Shown here: piece after piece, positions 43,851 to 55,146 of the stretch
Position numbering within the stretch: the first letter of the stretch is position 1
Layout: every line of letters starts with the position of its first letter
DNA from: an uncultured Pelagibacteraceae bacterium
GTDB lineage: Bacteria > Pseudomonadota > Alphaproteobacteria > Pelagibacterales > Pelagibacteraceae
Length of the DNA: 64,000 nt
Assembly (NCBI GenBank): GCA_902598825.1
Contig: CACKDD010000001.1
Span: 4,537 to 68,536 of the forward strand
Reading direction: 5' to 3'
Position numbers and translations under genes: made by a program
The notes under the pieces: generated by a model
Told to the model about the DNA's origin: nothing
Databases searched by the model: none
Seen by the model: only the letters and a program-made list of their open reading frames with translations

Positions 43851-44396
43851 TTATAAAGGCTGAATTACCATTATCATTTGTTTTCCATCAAACTTTGGGT
43901 GTAATTCTACTTTGCCAATATCTTTCATGTCTTCTTTAATTTTAGTCATTAGCTCATTGCCCAAATGAGAATGTTGAAGTTCTCGACCTTTAAATCTTAT
44001 TGTAAATTTAACCTTATCTCCTTTGGCTATAAATTTTTTAGCATTTTTTACTTTAAATTCATAATCATGAGTTTCTGTTACAGGTCTCATCTTAATTTCT
44101 TTAAGAGCTACAATTTTTTGTTTCTTTTTTGCTAAATTAGCTTTTTTTTGTGCATCATATTTAAATTTACCCATATCCATAATCTTACAAACAGGAGGGT
44201 TCGCATTTGCAGCTATCTCTATTAGATCTAAGCCTTGATTTTTGGCCATAGAAATTGCCTCATTTGTATTAATAGTTCCTAAATTTTCACCATCGCTTGT
44301 AATAACTTGAACCTCTGGTGAAGAAATTCTATTATTGGATCTTGGACCACGGTCCTTCGTTCTTCTTTGAAAATAATTTTGTTTGAAATCTGCCAC
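43851..44396 (-). CDS. infC: Translation initiation factor IF-3 (GTG start as called; true start uncertain)
   Basis: PPVCKIMD, KEIKMRP, FKGRE. Confidence 0.95.
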   Translation of the reverse strand: MADFKQNYFQRRTKDRGPRSNNRISSPEVQVITSDGENLGTINTNEAISMAKNQGLDLIEIAANANPPVCKIMDMGKFKYDAQKKANLAKKKQKIVALKEIKMRPVTETHDYEFKVKNAKKFIAKGDKVKFTIRFKGRELQHSHLGNELMTKIKEDMKDIGKVELHPKFDGKQMIMVIQPL

Positions 44397-46313
44397 TTAA
44401 TTTGAAGATGCTTTATTTAAAGCAGAGTATTTTTTTAGAAATGTATTTAGTTCCATATTTTCTTGTTTCTTAGAATCCAATCTTCTAATGGTTACAGAGT
44501 TACTGTCAACTTCTTTTTTACCACAAATTAATAAAACAGGGACTTTTGCTAATGAATGATCTTTTATTTTATTATTTAAGTTATTTTTTTTTAAATCAAC
44601 TGATGAACTAATGCCTATTTTTTTAATCTTATCAGATACTTTAATTGCATAATCTTCAAAATCTTCTGAGATAGGAATTACAACTGTTTGTAGTGGTGAT
44701 ATCCAAAAGGGAAATTTACCAGCATAGTTTTCAATTAAAATTCCAATAAATCTTTCTAGTGAACCAAATAGTGCTCTATGTAACATTACTGGGATTTTTT
44801 TTGAACCGTCTTTATCTATATATGATGCACCTAATCTACCAGGTAGATTAAAATCAACTTGTAATGTTCCACATTGCCAATCTCTTCCTATCGCATCCCT
44901 TAAAACAAATTCTATTTTAGGCCCATAGAATGCACCTTCACCCTTGTTTATACTATATTCTAATTTAGTTGCTTTTACAGCCTCTAACAAAGCACTCTCA
45001 GCCTTATCCCAAACACTATCATCTCCAACTCTTTTTTCTGGTCTATCTGAGTATTTTAAAATCACATTTTCAAAACCTAAGTCTTTATAAATTTCTAAAA
45101 TAAGATCTGTAACTATTAAACACTCTTTTGTAATTTGATCTTCAGTACAAAATATATGAGCATCATCTTGAGTGAATGCTCTTACCCTCAACAACCCATG
45201 TAATGCTCCTGAAGGTTCATACCGATGTACTTTTCCAAACTCAGACATCTTTAGTGGCAAATCTTTATAACTTTTAAGGCCTTGATTAAAAACCTCTATA
45301 CAGCCTGGGCAGTTCATAGGTTTAATTGCAAACACCTTTTCATCTGGTGTTGTTGAAGTATACATATTTGCTCCAAATTTTTCCCAGTGTCCAGATTTTT
45401 CCCATAGAGTTCTATCTAAAACCTCTGGAGTATTTATTTCCTTATATCCTGCAATCTCTTGTTTCATTCTCATATAATCAATTAATTTTTGAAACAATGC
45501 CCAACCTTTTTCATGCCAAAAAACAGATCCTGGGCTTTCTTCTCTAAAATGAAACAAATCCATTTCTTTGCCTAATTTTCTATGATCTCTTTTTTCTGCT
45601 TCTTCAATTCTTTTTAAATAATTGTCTAAATCTTTCTGAGAAGCCCAGCTTGTTCCATATATTCTTTGGAGCATTTCATTATTTGAGTCTCCTCTCCAAT
45701 AAGCTCCTGCAACTTTTGTAAGCTTAAAAAATTTACCTATTTTTCCTGTAGAAGATAGGTGTGGACCCCTACATAAATCATGCCACGCACCATGAAAGTA
45801 AATTGACACCTCCTCGTTTTGAGGAATGCTCTCAATAAGTTCAGCTTTATATAATTCTCCCTTATTTTTAAAATGCTTTATTGCTTTATCTCTATCCCAA
45901 ACTTCTCTTTTTGTCTTTTCATCTCGATCAACTATCTCTTTCATCTTTTCTTCAATCTTGTTTAGATCATCCTCAGTAAAAGGTTCCTTTCTGGCAAAAT
46001 CGTAATAAAAACCGTTCTCTATAACAGGTCCAATGGTAACTTGAGTTCCAGGAAACAGTTCTTGAACAGCCATAGCCAAAATGTGGGCAGTATCATGTCT
46101 TATTGTTTCAAGACCTTCCTCATTTTTTGAAGTTAATATTTTAATAGAACAATTTTTTTCAATTTGAAAATCTAAATCTTTTAACTCACCATCTACGCTT
46201 ATTACCATAGCTTCTTTAGCTAATGATTTACTGATTTTTTCAGCTACATCTAGTCCTGTGACTTTATTTGGAAAGTCGAAGCTGTTTCCATCTGGTAATG
46301 TAATTGTTGGCAT
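44397..46313 (-). CDS. thrS: Threonyl-tRNA synthetase
   Basis: TGS domain, DLCRGPH, RDHRKLG, KPMNCP, HRALFGS. Confidence 0.97.
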   Translation of the reverse strand: MPTITLPDGNSFDFPNKVTGLDVAEKISKSLAKEAMVISVDGELKDLDFQIEKNCSIKILTSKNEEGLETIRHDTAHILAMAVQELFPGTQVTIGPVIENGFYYDFARKEPFTEDDLNKIEEKMKEIVDRDEKTKREVWDRDKAIKHFKNKGELYKAELIESIPQNEEVSIYFHGAWHDLCRGPHLSSTGKIGKFFKLTKVAGAYWRGDSNNEMLQRIYGTSWASQKDLDNYLKRIEEAEKRDHRKLGKEMDLFHFREESPGSVFWHEKGWALFQKLIDYMRMKQEIAGYKEINTPEVLDRTLWEKSGHWEKFGANMYTSTTPDEKVFAIKPMNCPGCIEVFNQGLKSYKDLPLKMSEFGKVHRYEPSGALHGLLRVRAFTQDDAHIFCTEDQITKECLIVTDLILEIYKDLGFENVILKYSDRPEKRVGDDSVWDKAESALLEAVKATKLEYSINKGEGAFYGPKIEFVLRDAIGRDWQCGTLQVDFNLPGRLGASYIDKDGSKKIPVMLHRALFGSLERFIGILIENYAGKFPFWISPLQTVVIPISEDFEDYAIKVSDKIKKIGISSSVDLKKNNLNNKIKDHSLAKVPVLLICGKKEVDSNSVTIRRLDSKKQENMELNTFLKKYSALNKASSN

Positions 46314-47468
46314 TTAATTTACTAATCTTTTATACTCTGAATAAGTAGAAAAACACATTTTTTCAACATTAAATTTCTTTATTACGTTTTTTCTTCCTTC
46401 TTTGCCCATTAATTTAAGGGATGACTCATCCATCGTTATTGCCTGAATAATTTTTTTACTTAAAGAATTAGCATCCCCAGCCTCAAATAAGAATCCAGTT
46501 TTTTCGTTTATTATTGTTTCATTTGAACCACCAATATTACTCGCAATTATCAATTTTTCCATAGATTGTGCCTCAACTGCGACTCTTCCGAAAGCCTCTG
46601 GCTCTATTGAGGGCGAGATGACAATATCTGAGACTTGATAGGCCAAAGCCATATCTTTACAATGATCTATAAATTTTATTTGATTGGTTAAACGATATTG
46701 TTCAGTAATACGGATCAGTTTTTTTTTATATAAATCTCTTCCTTGATGACTTCCCAATATAACAAGATGAAAAGCTTCATAGCCTAATTCAACTTTTGTT
46801 AAATTAATTGCTTCAATGAGCATTTCCTGTCCTTTCCAAGAAGTGAGTCTACCAGGTACTAAAATAATTTTTTTTTCTTTATTAATCTCCCATTTCGTAA
46901 GAAGTTTTTTTTCATCTTCCTCTAATTTTGAGGATGGATCAAAATAATCTACATTTATACCTCTAAATATTACAAGAAATTTTTTTTTAATTGTTAAAAG
47001 GTCAGAATAATTTTCTTTAATATGTGAAAAAATGAAATTTGACCCAGCAATTATCAACTCAGATCTAACCATGACAGAGTTGTAAAGTTTTTTTAATTTA
47101 CCACTAAAATTGTAGGTACCATGAAATGTTGTTACAAATTTTCTTCTAGTCAATTTTGTTGCTAAAAGACATGACCATGCTGGTGCACGACTTCTAGCAT
47201 GAACTATTGTAATATTAAAAAATAAAATTATTCCAATTAGAATTATTGAATTAAATAGCATTAGAATAGGATTTTTACTTTGAACTGGTAGCCTAATTAA
47301 TTTTACTTTTTTTTTATCTATAAACTTAGTTAACTCACCACCACTAGTAACAATAAAAGATTTACAATTATTTTCTGGTAGATAATGTGCAATATCATAA
47401 CAGCCTGTTTCTGCTCCGCCATATCCTAATCTTGGTATTACCTGCAAAACATTTATATTAGACGACAT
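46314..47468 (-). CDS. Glycosyltransferase family 4
   Basis: GGAE, HARSRAPAW, GRL..WKG, EAFGRVAVEA. Confidence 0.9.
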   Translation of the reverse strand: MSSNINVLQVIPRLGYGGAETGCYDIAHYLPENNCKSFIVTSGGELTKFIDKKKVKLIRLPVQSKNPILMLFNSIILIGIILFFNITIVHARSRAPAWSCLLATKLTRRKFVTTFHGTYNFSGKLKKLYNSVMVRSELIIAGSNFIFSHIKENYSDLLTIKKKFLVIFRGINVDYFDPSSKLEEDEKKLLTKWEINKEKKIILVPGRLTSWKGQEMLIEAINLTKVELGYEAFHLVILGSHQGRDLYKKKLIRITEQYRLTNQIKFIDHCKDMALAYQVSDIVISPSIEPEAFGRVAVEAQSMEKLIIASNIGGSNETIINEKTGFLFEAGDANSLSKKIIQAITMDESSLKLMGKEGRKNVIKKFNVEKMCFSTYSEYKRLVN

Positions 47469-47510
47469 AAGATAAGATTATATAATAATAGATAAAACTA
47501 ATAAACTTTA

Positions 47511-48257
47511 ATGACGAAATTTAACTATTATAAATTAAGTAAAGCTAAGAAGATAAGATATCTAAAACTGTATCAAAAAAACCGTGACTACATTGTTTTT
47601 TTACATGGATTTATGTCTGATTTAGATGGCAAAAAACCAAAATCATTTTTAAAATTTGCAAAAAAGAATAAATTAGGCTTTTTGGCATTAGAATATTCTG
47701 GCCATGGAAAATCATCAGGTAAATTTACAAGAGGTAATATTTCTAAATGGACTAAAGAAACGAGTATTCTAATTAAAAAAATAGTTAAAACAAATAAAAT
47801 AATCTTTATTGGTTCTAGTATGGGTGCATGGATAGCATTAAACCAATTCAAAATTTTTAAAAAACAGATTAAAGGTTTCTTGGGTATTGGTTCAGCACCA
47901 GAATTTCTAGAAAATTTAATGTGGAATAAATTTTCAAAAAAAATGAAAGTTGAGATAATAAAAAATAGGATTTATAATTTAAGACATGGAAACTATATTT
48001 ATCCAATAACTCTTCAATTAATAAAAGATGGTAGGAAAAATAAGGTTTTAAATAAAAAAATAAATTATAAAATAAATATTACAATGGTCCATGGTCATAA
48101 AGATGAAGTTGTTCCGGTTTCTTACTCAAAAAGAGTGTTAAAAATTTTTAAAAATAGCAGAAAGAAATTAGTAATTATTAAAAATGGTGATCACAGTCTA
48201 TCTTCACCTAAACACTTAGCGACGTTAAAAAAAGAATTAAAATTAATTATTAACTAA
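47511..48257 (+). CDS. Alpha/beta hydrolase
   Basis: HGFMSD, GSSMG nucleophile elbow, D..V, GDH. Confidence 0.9.
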   Translation: MTKFNYYKLSKAKKIRYLKLYQKNRDYIVFLHGFMSDLDGKKPKSFLKFAKKNKLGFLALEYSGHGKSSGKFTRGNISKWTKETSILIKKIVKTNKIIFIGSSMGAWIALNQFKIFKKQIKGFLGIGSAPEFLENLMWNKFSKKMKVEIIKNRIYNLRHGNYIYPITLQLIKDGRKNKVLNKKINYKINITMVHGHKDEVVPVSYSKRVLKIFKNSRKKLVIIKNGDHSLSSPKHLATLKKELKLIIN

Positions 48258-51200
48258 CTTCTTTTACTTTAGCATTCAAAGTAATTGGATTTTTAAGTTT
48301 ATCTAACATTTCTTTTGGACAAACTTGAACAAAATTTTTTATTTCATCCTCAAAATTTGAAATTAAAGTTTTTGATAATAAAGACCCGGTTTCATCTGAA
48401 TGCTCGAGAACCAAATCTTTTAAAAAATTTTTCCAATATGAAGTTTCAACGTTTTGCCAGACAACTGACTCAGAATTTACTTTTTTTTCAAAATCTTTTT
48501 GTTTATCATAAACAAAAGCCATACCACCTGTCATACCTGCTGCAAAATTGTCACCAACTTGTCCGAGAATTATTACAGTGCCTCCAGTCATATATTCACA
48601 GCCATTTGAATCACATCCTTCTATAACAGTTATTGCACCAGAATTTCTTACTGCAAATCTATCCCCTGCTTGACCAGCAGCAAAAAGTTTGCCTGATGTT
48701 GCCCCATAAAGGACTGTATTTCCAATAATTGTATTTTCATTTGAAACTAAATTACTTTCATCGGAAAGTTTTATAGAAATAGTTGCTCCTGATAGTCCTT
48801 TACCAACATAATCATTTGCATCTCCTTTGAGGTTAAGTTTTAATCCTTTAGACGAAAAAGCTCCAAAAGATTGTCCTGCAGAGCCTTTGAAATTTAATGT
48901 GAGAAAATTTTCATTTAATTTTTCATAACCATATTTCTTATAAAGAAGATGGGAAATTCTAGTACCTACAGCTCTATTGGTATTCTGAATAATAAATTCT
49001 TTTTCAATCTTTTCTGAATTATTAAGTGATTTTTCAATTTCAGGCCAAATCTCTTGGTCTAATGTATCTGGAACCTTATTAATTTCAGGTATCTCACAAT
49101 ATCTTTTATTTGTACCAGGATCAGCTTGGACAAATAACGGATTTAAATCTAGATCATCTAAATTAGGTGAACCTTTATTTACTTGCATTAATAAATCAGT
49201 TCTTCCAATAATATCATTTAATGATTTAAAGCCCAGTTTGGCTAAAATCTCTCTGACTTCAGAAGCAATAAATGTAAATAAGTTGACTATTTTATCTGGT
49301 GTGCCAGTAAATCTCTCTCTTAATTTTTCATCTTGTGTACATACACCAACTGGACAAGTATTTGAGTGGCACTGTCTTACCATGATACATCCCATTGCAA
49401 CTAAAGCTGTTGTTGCAACTCCATATTCTTCTGCTCCCATCATAGCTGCGATAACAACATCTCTACCTGTTTTTATTCCACCGTCTGTTCTCAAAGTTAT
49501 TTTATGTCTTAAGTTGTTTAATGTAAGAACTTGATTAGCCTCTGTTAGGCCCATCTCCCATGGTATTCCTACATATTTAACACTAGTTTGAGGTGTTGCA
49601 CCTGTTCCACCGTTATGCCCTGAAATTAAAATAATATCCGCCTTTGCTTTAGCTACTCCAGCTGCAATTGTCCCAATGCCCGAAGAAGCAACTAACTTAA
49701 CACCAACTCTTGCTTTAGGATTTATTTGTTTAAGATCATAAATAAGTTGTGCAAGATCCTCTATTGAATAAATATCATGATGTGGTGGGGGTGAAATTAA
49801 AGTAACCCCTGGTGTAGAATGTCTTAATTTAGCTATTTCCTCAGTTACTTTAAAACCTGGTAGTTGTCCTCCTTCTCCTGGTTTTGCACCTTGAGCCATT
49901 TTTATTTCTATTTCATTACAGTTATTTAAGTAGTTTACAGTTACACCAAATCTTGCAGATGCGATTTGTTTAACTCTTGAATTCGCACTATCTCCTCCAT
50001 CCATAATCTTAAATCTCTCTGCATCCTCACCACCTTCTCCACTACAAGAAGCTCCTTTGATTCTATTCATTCCGATAGCTAAGGTTTCATGTGCTTCTTT
50101 AGATAGGGCTCCATGAGACATACTCCCACTTCCAAATCTTTTGAGTATTTTTTCTATAGGTTCTACTTCAGATAATTCTATCGAAGGGCCAATTTTCTTT
50201 TTTCTAAAATCAATTAAATCCCTCAAATTGATTGGAGGTAAATTATATATTCCTTCAGCATATTTTTTATACGCTGAATAAGAATTTGAACCTACAGCAC
50301 TTTGTAATAAATGTATTAATTTACCTTGATATTGATGAGTTTCACCATTCTTTCTATATCTATAAATACCTCCGATAGGTAAAACTGTATTTGTACTTTC
50401 GAATGCTTCTTTATGTATCTGACGTATCTTTTTTTCAATTCCTATCAGACCAATCCCAGAGATTTTAGAAACTACGCCAGGAAAATAATCATTAACGATA
50501 GTCCTGCTCAATCCAACTGTCTCAAAATTACATCCTCCTCTATAAGAACTAAGAACAGATATACCCATTTTAGACATTATTTTTAAAAGACCTGCGTTTA
50601 TTGATTTTATATATCTATGTACACAATCATCAAAACTGTATTGCCCAAATAACTTTTTTTCATGTCTTTGATATAAGCTGTCAAAAGCAAGATAAGGATT
50701 GACCGTTGTAGCTCCTACTCCGATCAAGGTAGCAAATGAGTGCGTATCTAGTGCCTCACCTGATTGAACATTTATTGATACATATCCCCTTAACTTTTTA
50801 TCAATAAGAAAAGTATTAATTGCTCCCACACACAGAAGCATTGGCATTGGTATTTTTTTTGATGATAGATCTTTATCACTTAAAATTATTTGTGATACAC
50901 CTTGTCTCACAGCAATTTCAGCTTCTTTTTGAATTCTTTTAATAGCAAGTGTTAAATTTTCATCATCAGAAAATGTACAATCAATTGATAAAGAGTTTTT
51001 TCCAAAATAGTTTATGAATTTATTAAATTGAGAATTAGACAAAATTGGACTGTTTAAAACATAAATGTTCTCTTTAGTCAGCGTATCAAAATCTAGAATA
51101 TTTCCTAAGTTTCCAAATCTAGTTTTCAAACTCATAACTTTATTTTCTCTTAAGGAGTCAATTGGAGGATTAGTTACTTGACTAAAATTTTGTCTAAAAA

Positions 51201-52755
51201 AATGATAAAGAGGCCTGTATTTATCTGATAATACTGCTAGTGGTGTGTCATCTCCCATTGAACCAGTTGCCTCTTTTGCATCTTCTGCCATTGGATGTAA
51301 GATTAATTCTAAATCCTCTAAACTTATTCCAAAGGTATGTTGTCTTCTTCTTAGGTCTTCTCCTGCAAAATTATGCTTCTCTTTAGCAATAAAGATTTTT
51401 TCATCTAAATCAATAATTTGTGAGTTAAAATGTTTAAATTCTTTTGCTAAAAAATCTTTAATTTGATTGTTTGAAAAAACTTTTCCTTTTTCAATTCTTA
51501 CTCCAATAATTTCGCCTGGTCCTAATCTTCCTTTAGATAAGATCTTTTTTTCATTCAGCTTTATCATGCCAGTTTCTGACCCAGCAAAAAGTAGTTTATC
51601 TTTGGTGATTGCATACCTAAGAGGTCTTAGGCCATTTCGATCATTTGCAGCTATAACCCATTCATTATCAGTGGCTGCGATCGCTGCAGGTCCATCCCAG
51701 GGTTCCATAGTACTGTTTAAGAAATTAAATAACTGCTGATGATTTCTTGATAGAGTTTTATTTTTTTTCGACCATGCATCTGGAACTAACATTAATTTTG
51801 CTAAAGGAGCCGGTTGACCTGACTTATTTAATAATTCAAAAACGTTATCTAGCGCAGCTGAGTCTGAAACTCCTTGAGAAATTACAGGTTTTAAATTTTC
51901 TACATTTTCAAATAAAGGACTACTCATCTCCTCTTCATGAACTTTCATCCAGTTTTTATTTCCTTTATAAGTGTTTATCTCTCCATTATGAGCTATTGCC
52001 CTAAATGGTTGAGCTAAACTCCAGCTAGGAGCAGTATTTGTAGAAAACCTTTGATGAAAAATAGCATATCTTGAAATAAATCTCTCATCTTTTAAATCTA
52101 AATAGAAATCCGAAATTGCTTCAGCTAAGAACATTCCTTTATAAATTATTGATTTAGAACTCATAGAACATACATAAAAATTATTTAAAGATAGTCTATT
52201 AGCTGAGTTTTCTATTTTTTTTCTAGTTTCATAAATTTTTCTTTCAAGTTCTTTGTCAAGTAAATTTGGATTGTTTGATTTAAATAAAACTTGGATAATC
52301 TCTGGCATTGTTTGTAAAGCTTTTTCACCTAAAACTTTTGGGTTTACAGGAACTTGTCTCCATCCATAAATATTAAAATCATTTTTGGTTAATTCACTTT
52401 CAACTATAGTTTTAGAGCTTTCTTGAGATGAATAATCATTTTTAGGTAAAAAAATCATTCCAACACAAATTTCAGAATTATCATGGTGATGTCCAGTAAC
52501 TTGAATTTTTTCTATAAAAAAATCTTTTGGTATCTCTAAATGTATTCCTGCTCCGTCACCTGTTTTTCCATCTGCATCTACTGCACCACGATGCCAAACA
52601 GCTTTAAGAGCCTCGATTCCATACTCAACAACTGCTCTTGACTTTTTTCCCTCTGTAGAAACAATTAGACCTACTCCACAAGCATCATGTTCCATCTCGT
52701 GAGCATAAACGTGATTTTTAGAGAGTAGTTCCAGATTATTTTTGTAATTTTTCAT
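48250..52755 (-). CDS. gltB: Glutamate synthase large subunit
   Basis: HDACGVG, HQRFSTNT, MSHGALS, QGAKPGEGG, C....CH...CP cluster. Confidence 0.97.
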   Translation of the reverse strand: MKNYKNNLELLSKNHVYAHEMEHDACGVGLIVSTEGKKSRAVVEYGIEALKAVWHRGAVDADGKTGDGAGIHLEIPKDFFIEKIQVTGHHHDNSEICVGMIFLPKNDYSSQESSKTIVESELTKNDFNIYGWRQVPVNPKVLGEKALQTMPEIIQVLFKSNNPNLLDKELERKIYETRKKIENSANRLSLNNFYVCSMSSKSIIYKGMFLAEAISDFYLDLKDERFISRYAIFHQRFSTNTAPSWSLAQPFRAIAHNGEINTYKGNKNWMKVHEEEMSSPLFENVENLKPVISQGVSDSAALDNVFELLNKSGQPAPLAKLMLVPDAWSKKNKTLSRNHQQLFNFLNSTMEPWDGPAAIAATDNEWVIAANDRNGLRPLRYAITKDKLLFAGSETGMIKLNEKKILSKGRLGPGEIIGVRIEKGKVFSNNQIKDFLAKEFKHFNSQIIDLDEKIFIAKEKHNFAGEDLRRRQHTFGISLEDLELILHPMAEDAKEATGSMGDDTPLAVLSDKYRPLYHFFRQNFSQVTNPPIDSLRENKVMSLKTRFGNLGNILDFDTLTKENIYVLNSPILSNSQFNKFINYFGKNSLSIDCTFSDDENLTLAIKRIQKEAEIAVRQGVSQIILSDKDLSSKKIPMPMLLCVGAINTFLIDKKLRGYVSINVQSGEALDTHSFATLIGVGATTVNPYLAFDSLYQRHEKKLFGQYSFDDCVHRYIKSINAGLLKIMSKMGISVLSSYRGGCNFETVGLSRTIVNDYFPGVVSKISGIGLIGIEKKIRQIHKEAFESTNTVLPIGGIYRYRKNGETHQYQGKLIHLLQSAVGSNSYSAYKKYAEGIYNLPPINLRDLIDFRKKKIGPSIELSEVEPIEKILKRFGSGSMSHGALSKEAHETLAIGMNRIKGASCSGEGGEDAERFKIMDGGDSANSRVKQIASARFGVTVNYLNNCNEIEIKMAQGAKPGEGGQLPGFKVTEEIAKLRHSTPGVTLISPPPHHDIYSIEDLAQLIYDLKQINPKARVGVKLVASSGIGTIAAGVAKAKADIILISGHNGGTGATPQTSVKYVGIPWEMGLTEANQVLTLNNLRHKITLRTDGGIKTGRDVVIAAMMGAEEYGVATTALVAMGCIMVRQCHSNTCPVGVCTQDEKLRERFTGTPDKIVNLFTFIASEVREILAKLGFKSLNDIIGRTDLLMQVNKGSPNLDDLDLNPLFVQADPGTNKRYCEIPEINKVPDTLDQEIWPEIEKSLNNSEKIEKEFIIQNTNRAVGTRISHLLYKKYGYEKLNENFLTLNFKGSAGQSFGAFSSKGLKLNLKGDANDYVGKGLSGATISIKLSDESNLVSNENTIIGNTVLYGATSGKLFAAGQAGDRFAVRNSGAITVIEGCDSNGCEYMTGGTVIILGQVGDNFAAGMTGGMAFVYDKQKDFEKKVNSESVVWQNVETSYWKNFLKDLVLEHSDETGSLLSKTLISNFEDEIKNFVQVCPKEMLDKLKNPITLNAKVKEVS

Positions 52756-54194
52756 TAAGCTACTTGTGTTTTTTTTATTGCAATATTTTCAAGATATTTT
52801 TTCATTGATGAGGCCGCATCTCTTCCATCTTTGATAGCCCAAACAACTAATGATGCTCCTCGAACTATGTCCCCTGCAGCGAAAACACCATTTAAATTTG
52901 TTTCCATAGTATCAAAATCTGTCTTAATAGTTCCCCACTTAGAAACCTGTAATTCTTGCGCATCAAATAATAGTGGTAAATTTTCTGGGTCAAAGCCTAA
53001 GGCTTTAATAACCATATCTGCTTTAATTTCAAACTCTGAACCCTCTTTAATTTCTGGTCTTCTTCTTCCAGAATCGTCTGGCTCACCCAATTTGATTTGA
53101 TCAACTATTAGTTTTTCAATTTTATTTTTTCCTTGAAATTCTTTAGGACTTGATAACCAAACAAATTCAACTCCTTCTTCTTCTGCGTTAGCAACTTCTC
53201 TAGCAGATCCTGGCATATTTTCTTTATCTCTTCTATAAAGGCACTTAACAGATTTAGCTTTCTGTCTTATTGAAGTTCTAACACAATCCATAGCAGTATC
53301 TCCACCACCTATGACTACAACATCTTTACCTTCTGCATTCAATATCCCTTTATCAAAAAGTTCAACTTCATCACCTAAACCTTTTTTATTTGAAGCTGTC
53401 AAAAATTCCATTGCAGGGAAAATATGATCTAAATCATTTCCTGGCAACTCAACTTCTCTAGGTTTATAAACTCCAGTTGCAATTAAAATTGCATCATGTT
53501 TTTTTCTAAGATGATCTAGATTGGCGTCTTTTCCTACTTCAAAATTTTGGATAAATTCAATACCCCCATCTTTTAATAGTTTTGTTCTTCTTTCAACAAC
53601 ATGTTTCTCTAATTTAAAATTAGGAATTCCATAAATTAATAATCCCCCTGCACGATCATATCGATCATAAACTGTAATTTTATATCCATCTTTTCTTAAT
53701 TGTTCTGCAGCAGCAAGTCCTGCGGGTCCTGCCCCAATTATACCTACGCTTTGATCTCTTTCATACTTTACTTCAATAGGTTTGACCCATCCTTGTTCCC
53801 AGGCATTGTCAGTAATATATTTTTCCATTGAACCAATAGTTACAGTTCCATGGCCTGATTGTTCTATAACACAATTACCCTCACACAATCTGTCTTGTGG
53901 GCATATTCTTCCACATACTTCAGGCATATTGTTTGTGCTTTGTGATAACTCATAAGCCTCTTTTAATCTTCCCTCCGCAGTTAACTTTAACCAATCTGGT
54001 ATATTATTACTAAGTGGACAGTGGACTTGACAGAATGGTACCCCGCATTGTGAACATCTGCTTGATTGTTCTTGGGCCTTTTGATTAATAAATTCATCAT
54101 AAATTTCATTGAAATCTTCTTTTCTAGCGCCAACCTCTCTTTTAGGTGGAGTTTGTTGACCTATTTTCACGAACTTTAGCATTTTATCAGTCAT
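52755..54194 (-). CDS. gltD: Glutamate synthase small subunit
   Basis: RCSQCGVPFC, CGRICPQDRLCEG, GAGPAG, GGGDTAMD. Confidence 0.96.
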   Translation of the reverse strand: MTDKMLKFVKIGQQTPPKREVGARKEDFNEIYDEFINQKAQEQSSRCSQCGVPFCQVHCPLSNNIPDWLKLTAEGRLKEAYELSQSTNNMPEVCGRICPQDRLCEGNCVIEQSGHGTVTIGSMEKYITDNAWEQGWVKPIEVKYERDQSVGIIGAGPAGLAAAEQLRKDGYKITVYDRYDRAGGLLIYGIPNFKLEKHVVERRTKLLKDGGIEFIQNFEVGKDANLDHLRKKHDAILIATGVYKPREVELPGNDLDHIFPAMEFLTASNKKGLGDEVELFDKGILNAEGKDVVVIGGGDTAMDCVRTSIRQKAKSVKCLYRRDKENMPGSAREVANAEEEGVEFVWLSSPKEFQGKNKIEKLIVDQIKLGEPDDSGRRRPEIKEGSEFEIKADMVIKALGFDPENLPLLFDAQELQVSKWGTIKTDFDTMETNLNGVFAAGDIVRGASLVVWAIKDGRDAASSMKKYLENIAIKKTQVA

Positions 54195-54246
54195 GTTTTT
54201 TTATAAATTTAAGGCAAAATATACATTGTTTTTATTAGTAAAAGAA

Positions 54247-54277
54247 TTATTTAGGTCAATATATATGACCTAAATAA
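54247..54277. promoter_or_regulatory. Perfect inverted repeat; candidate operator upstream of gltDB
   Basis: TTATTTAGGTCA-ATATATA-TGACCTAAATAA (12-bp arms, 7-nt spacer). Confidence 0.6.
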
Positions 54278-54378
54278 ATGAATTAATAGCCATATATATG
54301 AGAATTCCAATTTTTGCATACCTATTATGAGTAAATCGAATTGTTTAAAATCAATATTTTTTAAGTTACGACACTTAT

Positions 54379-55146
54379 ATGTTTCAAGAATTTATAGAAA
54401 TCTTTATTCTATCCGCGGTTCAAGGAATATCTGAGTTTTTACCAATTAGTTCCTCTGCACACTTAATTTTAGTTTCTAATTTCTATGATTTAAAAACAGG
54501 CTCTTTATTAATAGATATCAGTTTACATTTAGGTTCTTTATTTGCTATTATATTTTATTTCAGAAAAGACCTACTAAATTTAAAGAATAATAAAAAACTT
54601 TTACAACTCATTTTACTTGGCTCTATACCTTTAATCATTTTTGGATACTTGCTCCACTCAACTGAACTTATTTATCTACTCAGAAATTTAAAAGTTATAG
54701 CATGGACAACATTGTTTTTTGGAATAGTTTTATTTTTTGCCGATCAGCAAAAAATTGATAAAAATATATCTACAAATTTAAATATTAAATCTATAATATT
54801 TATTGGTCTATTTCAAATCCTTGCATTAATCCCTGGTGTGAGTAGAGCGGGTATTACATTAACTGCAGCACGATTTTTAAAATTTAATAGAGTTGACTCA
54901 AGTAAGATTTCATTTTTATTATCAATCCCAGCTTTAGCAGGTGCAAGTTTTCTTGGCCTCAAAAATGCAGCTAATCAACCTCTTGAAATAAATTATCTTA
55001 TAATACTTTCAATAATTTTATCATTTTTATTTTCATATGTTACAGTCAAATTTTTTCTAAGTTATATAAATAGGTTCTCATTGAATATTTTTATTATTTA
55101 TAGAATTTTTATTGCTTCAATATTATTTTTGATAATATATTCTTAG
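54379..55146 (+). CDS. uppP: Undecaprenyl-diphosphatase
   Basis: QGISEFLPISSSAH, PGVSRAG. Confidence 0.95.
   Translation: MFQEFIEIFILSAVQGISEFLPISSSAHLILVSNFYDLKTGSLLIDISLHLGSLFAIIFYFRKDLLNLKNNKKLLQLILLGSIPLIIFGYLLHSTELIYLLRNLKVIAWTTLFFGIVLFFADQQKIDKNISTNLNIKSIIFIGLFQILALIPGVSRAGITLTAARFLKFNRVDSSKISFLLSIPALAGASFLGLKNAANQPLEINYLIILSIILSFLFSYVTVKFFLSYINRFSLNIFIIYRIFIASILFLIIYS

Noticed and set aside
47460-47490. dif-like sequence GACGACATAA-GATAAG-ATTATATAAT
   Set aside because: The XerD arm is out of register and lacks TTATG; the CAT is simply the start codon of the GT4 gene
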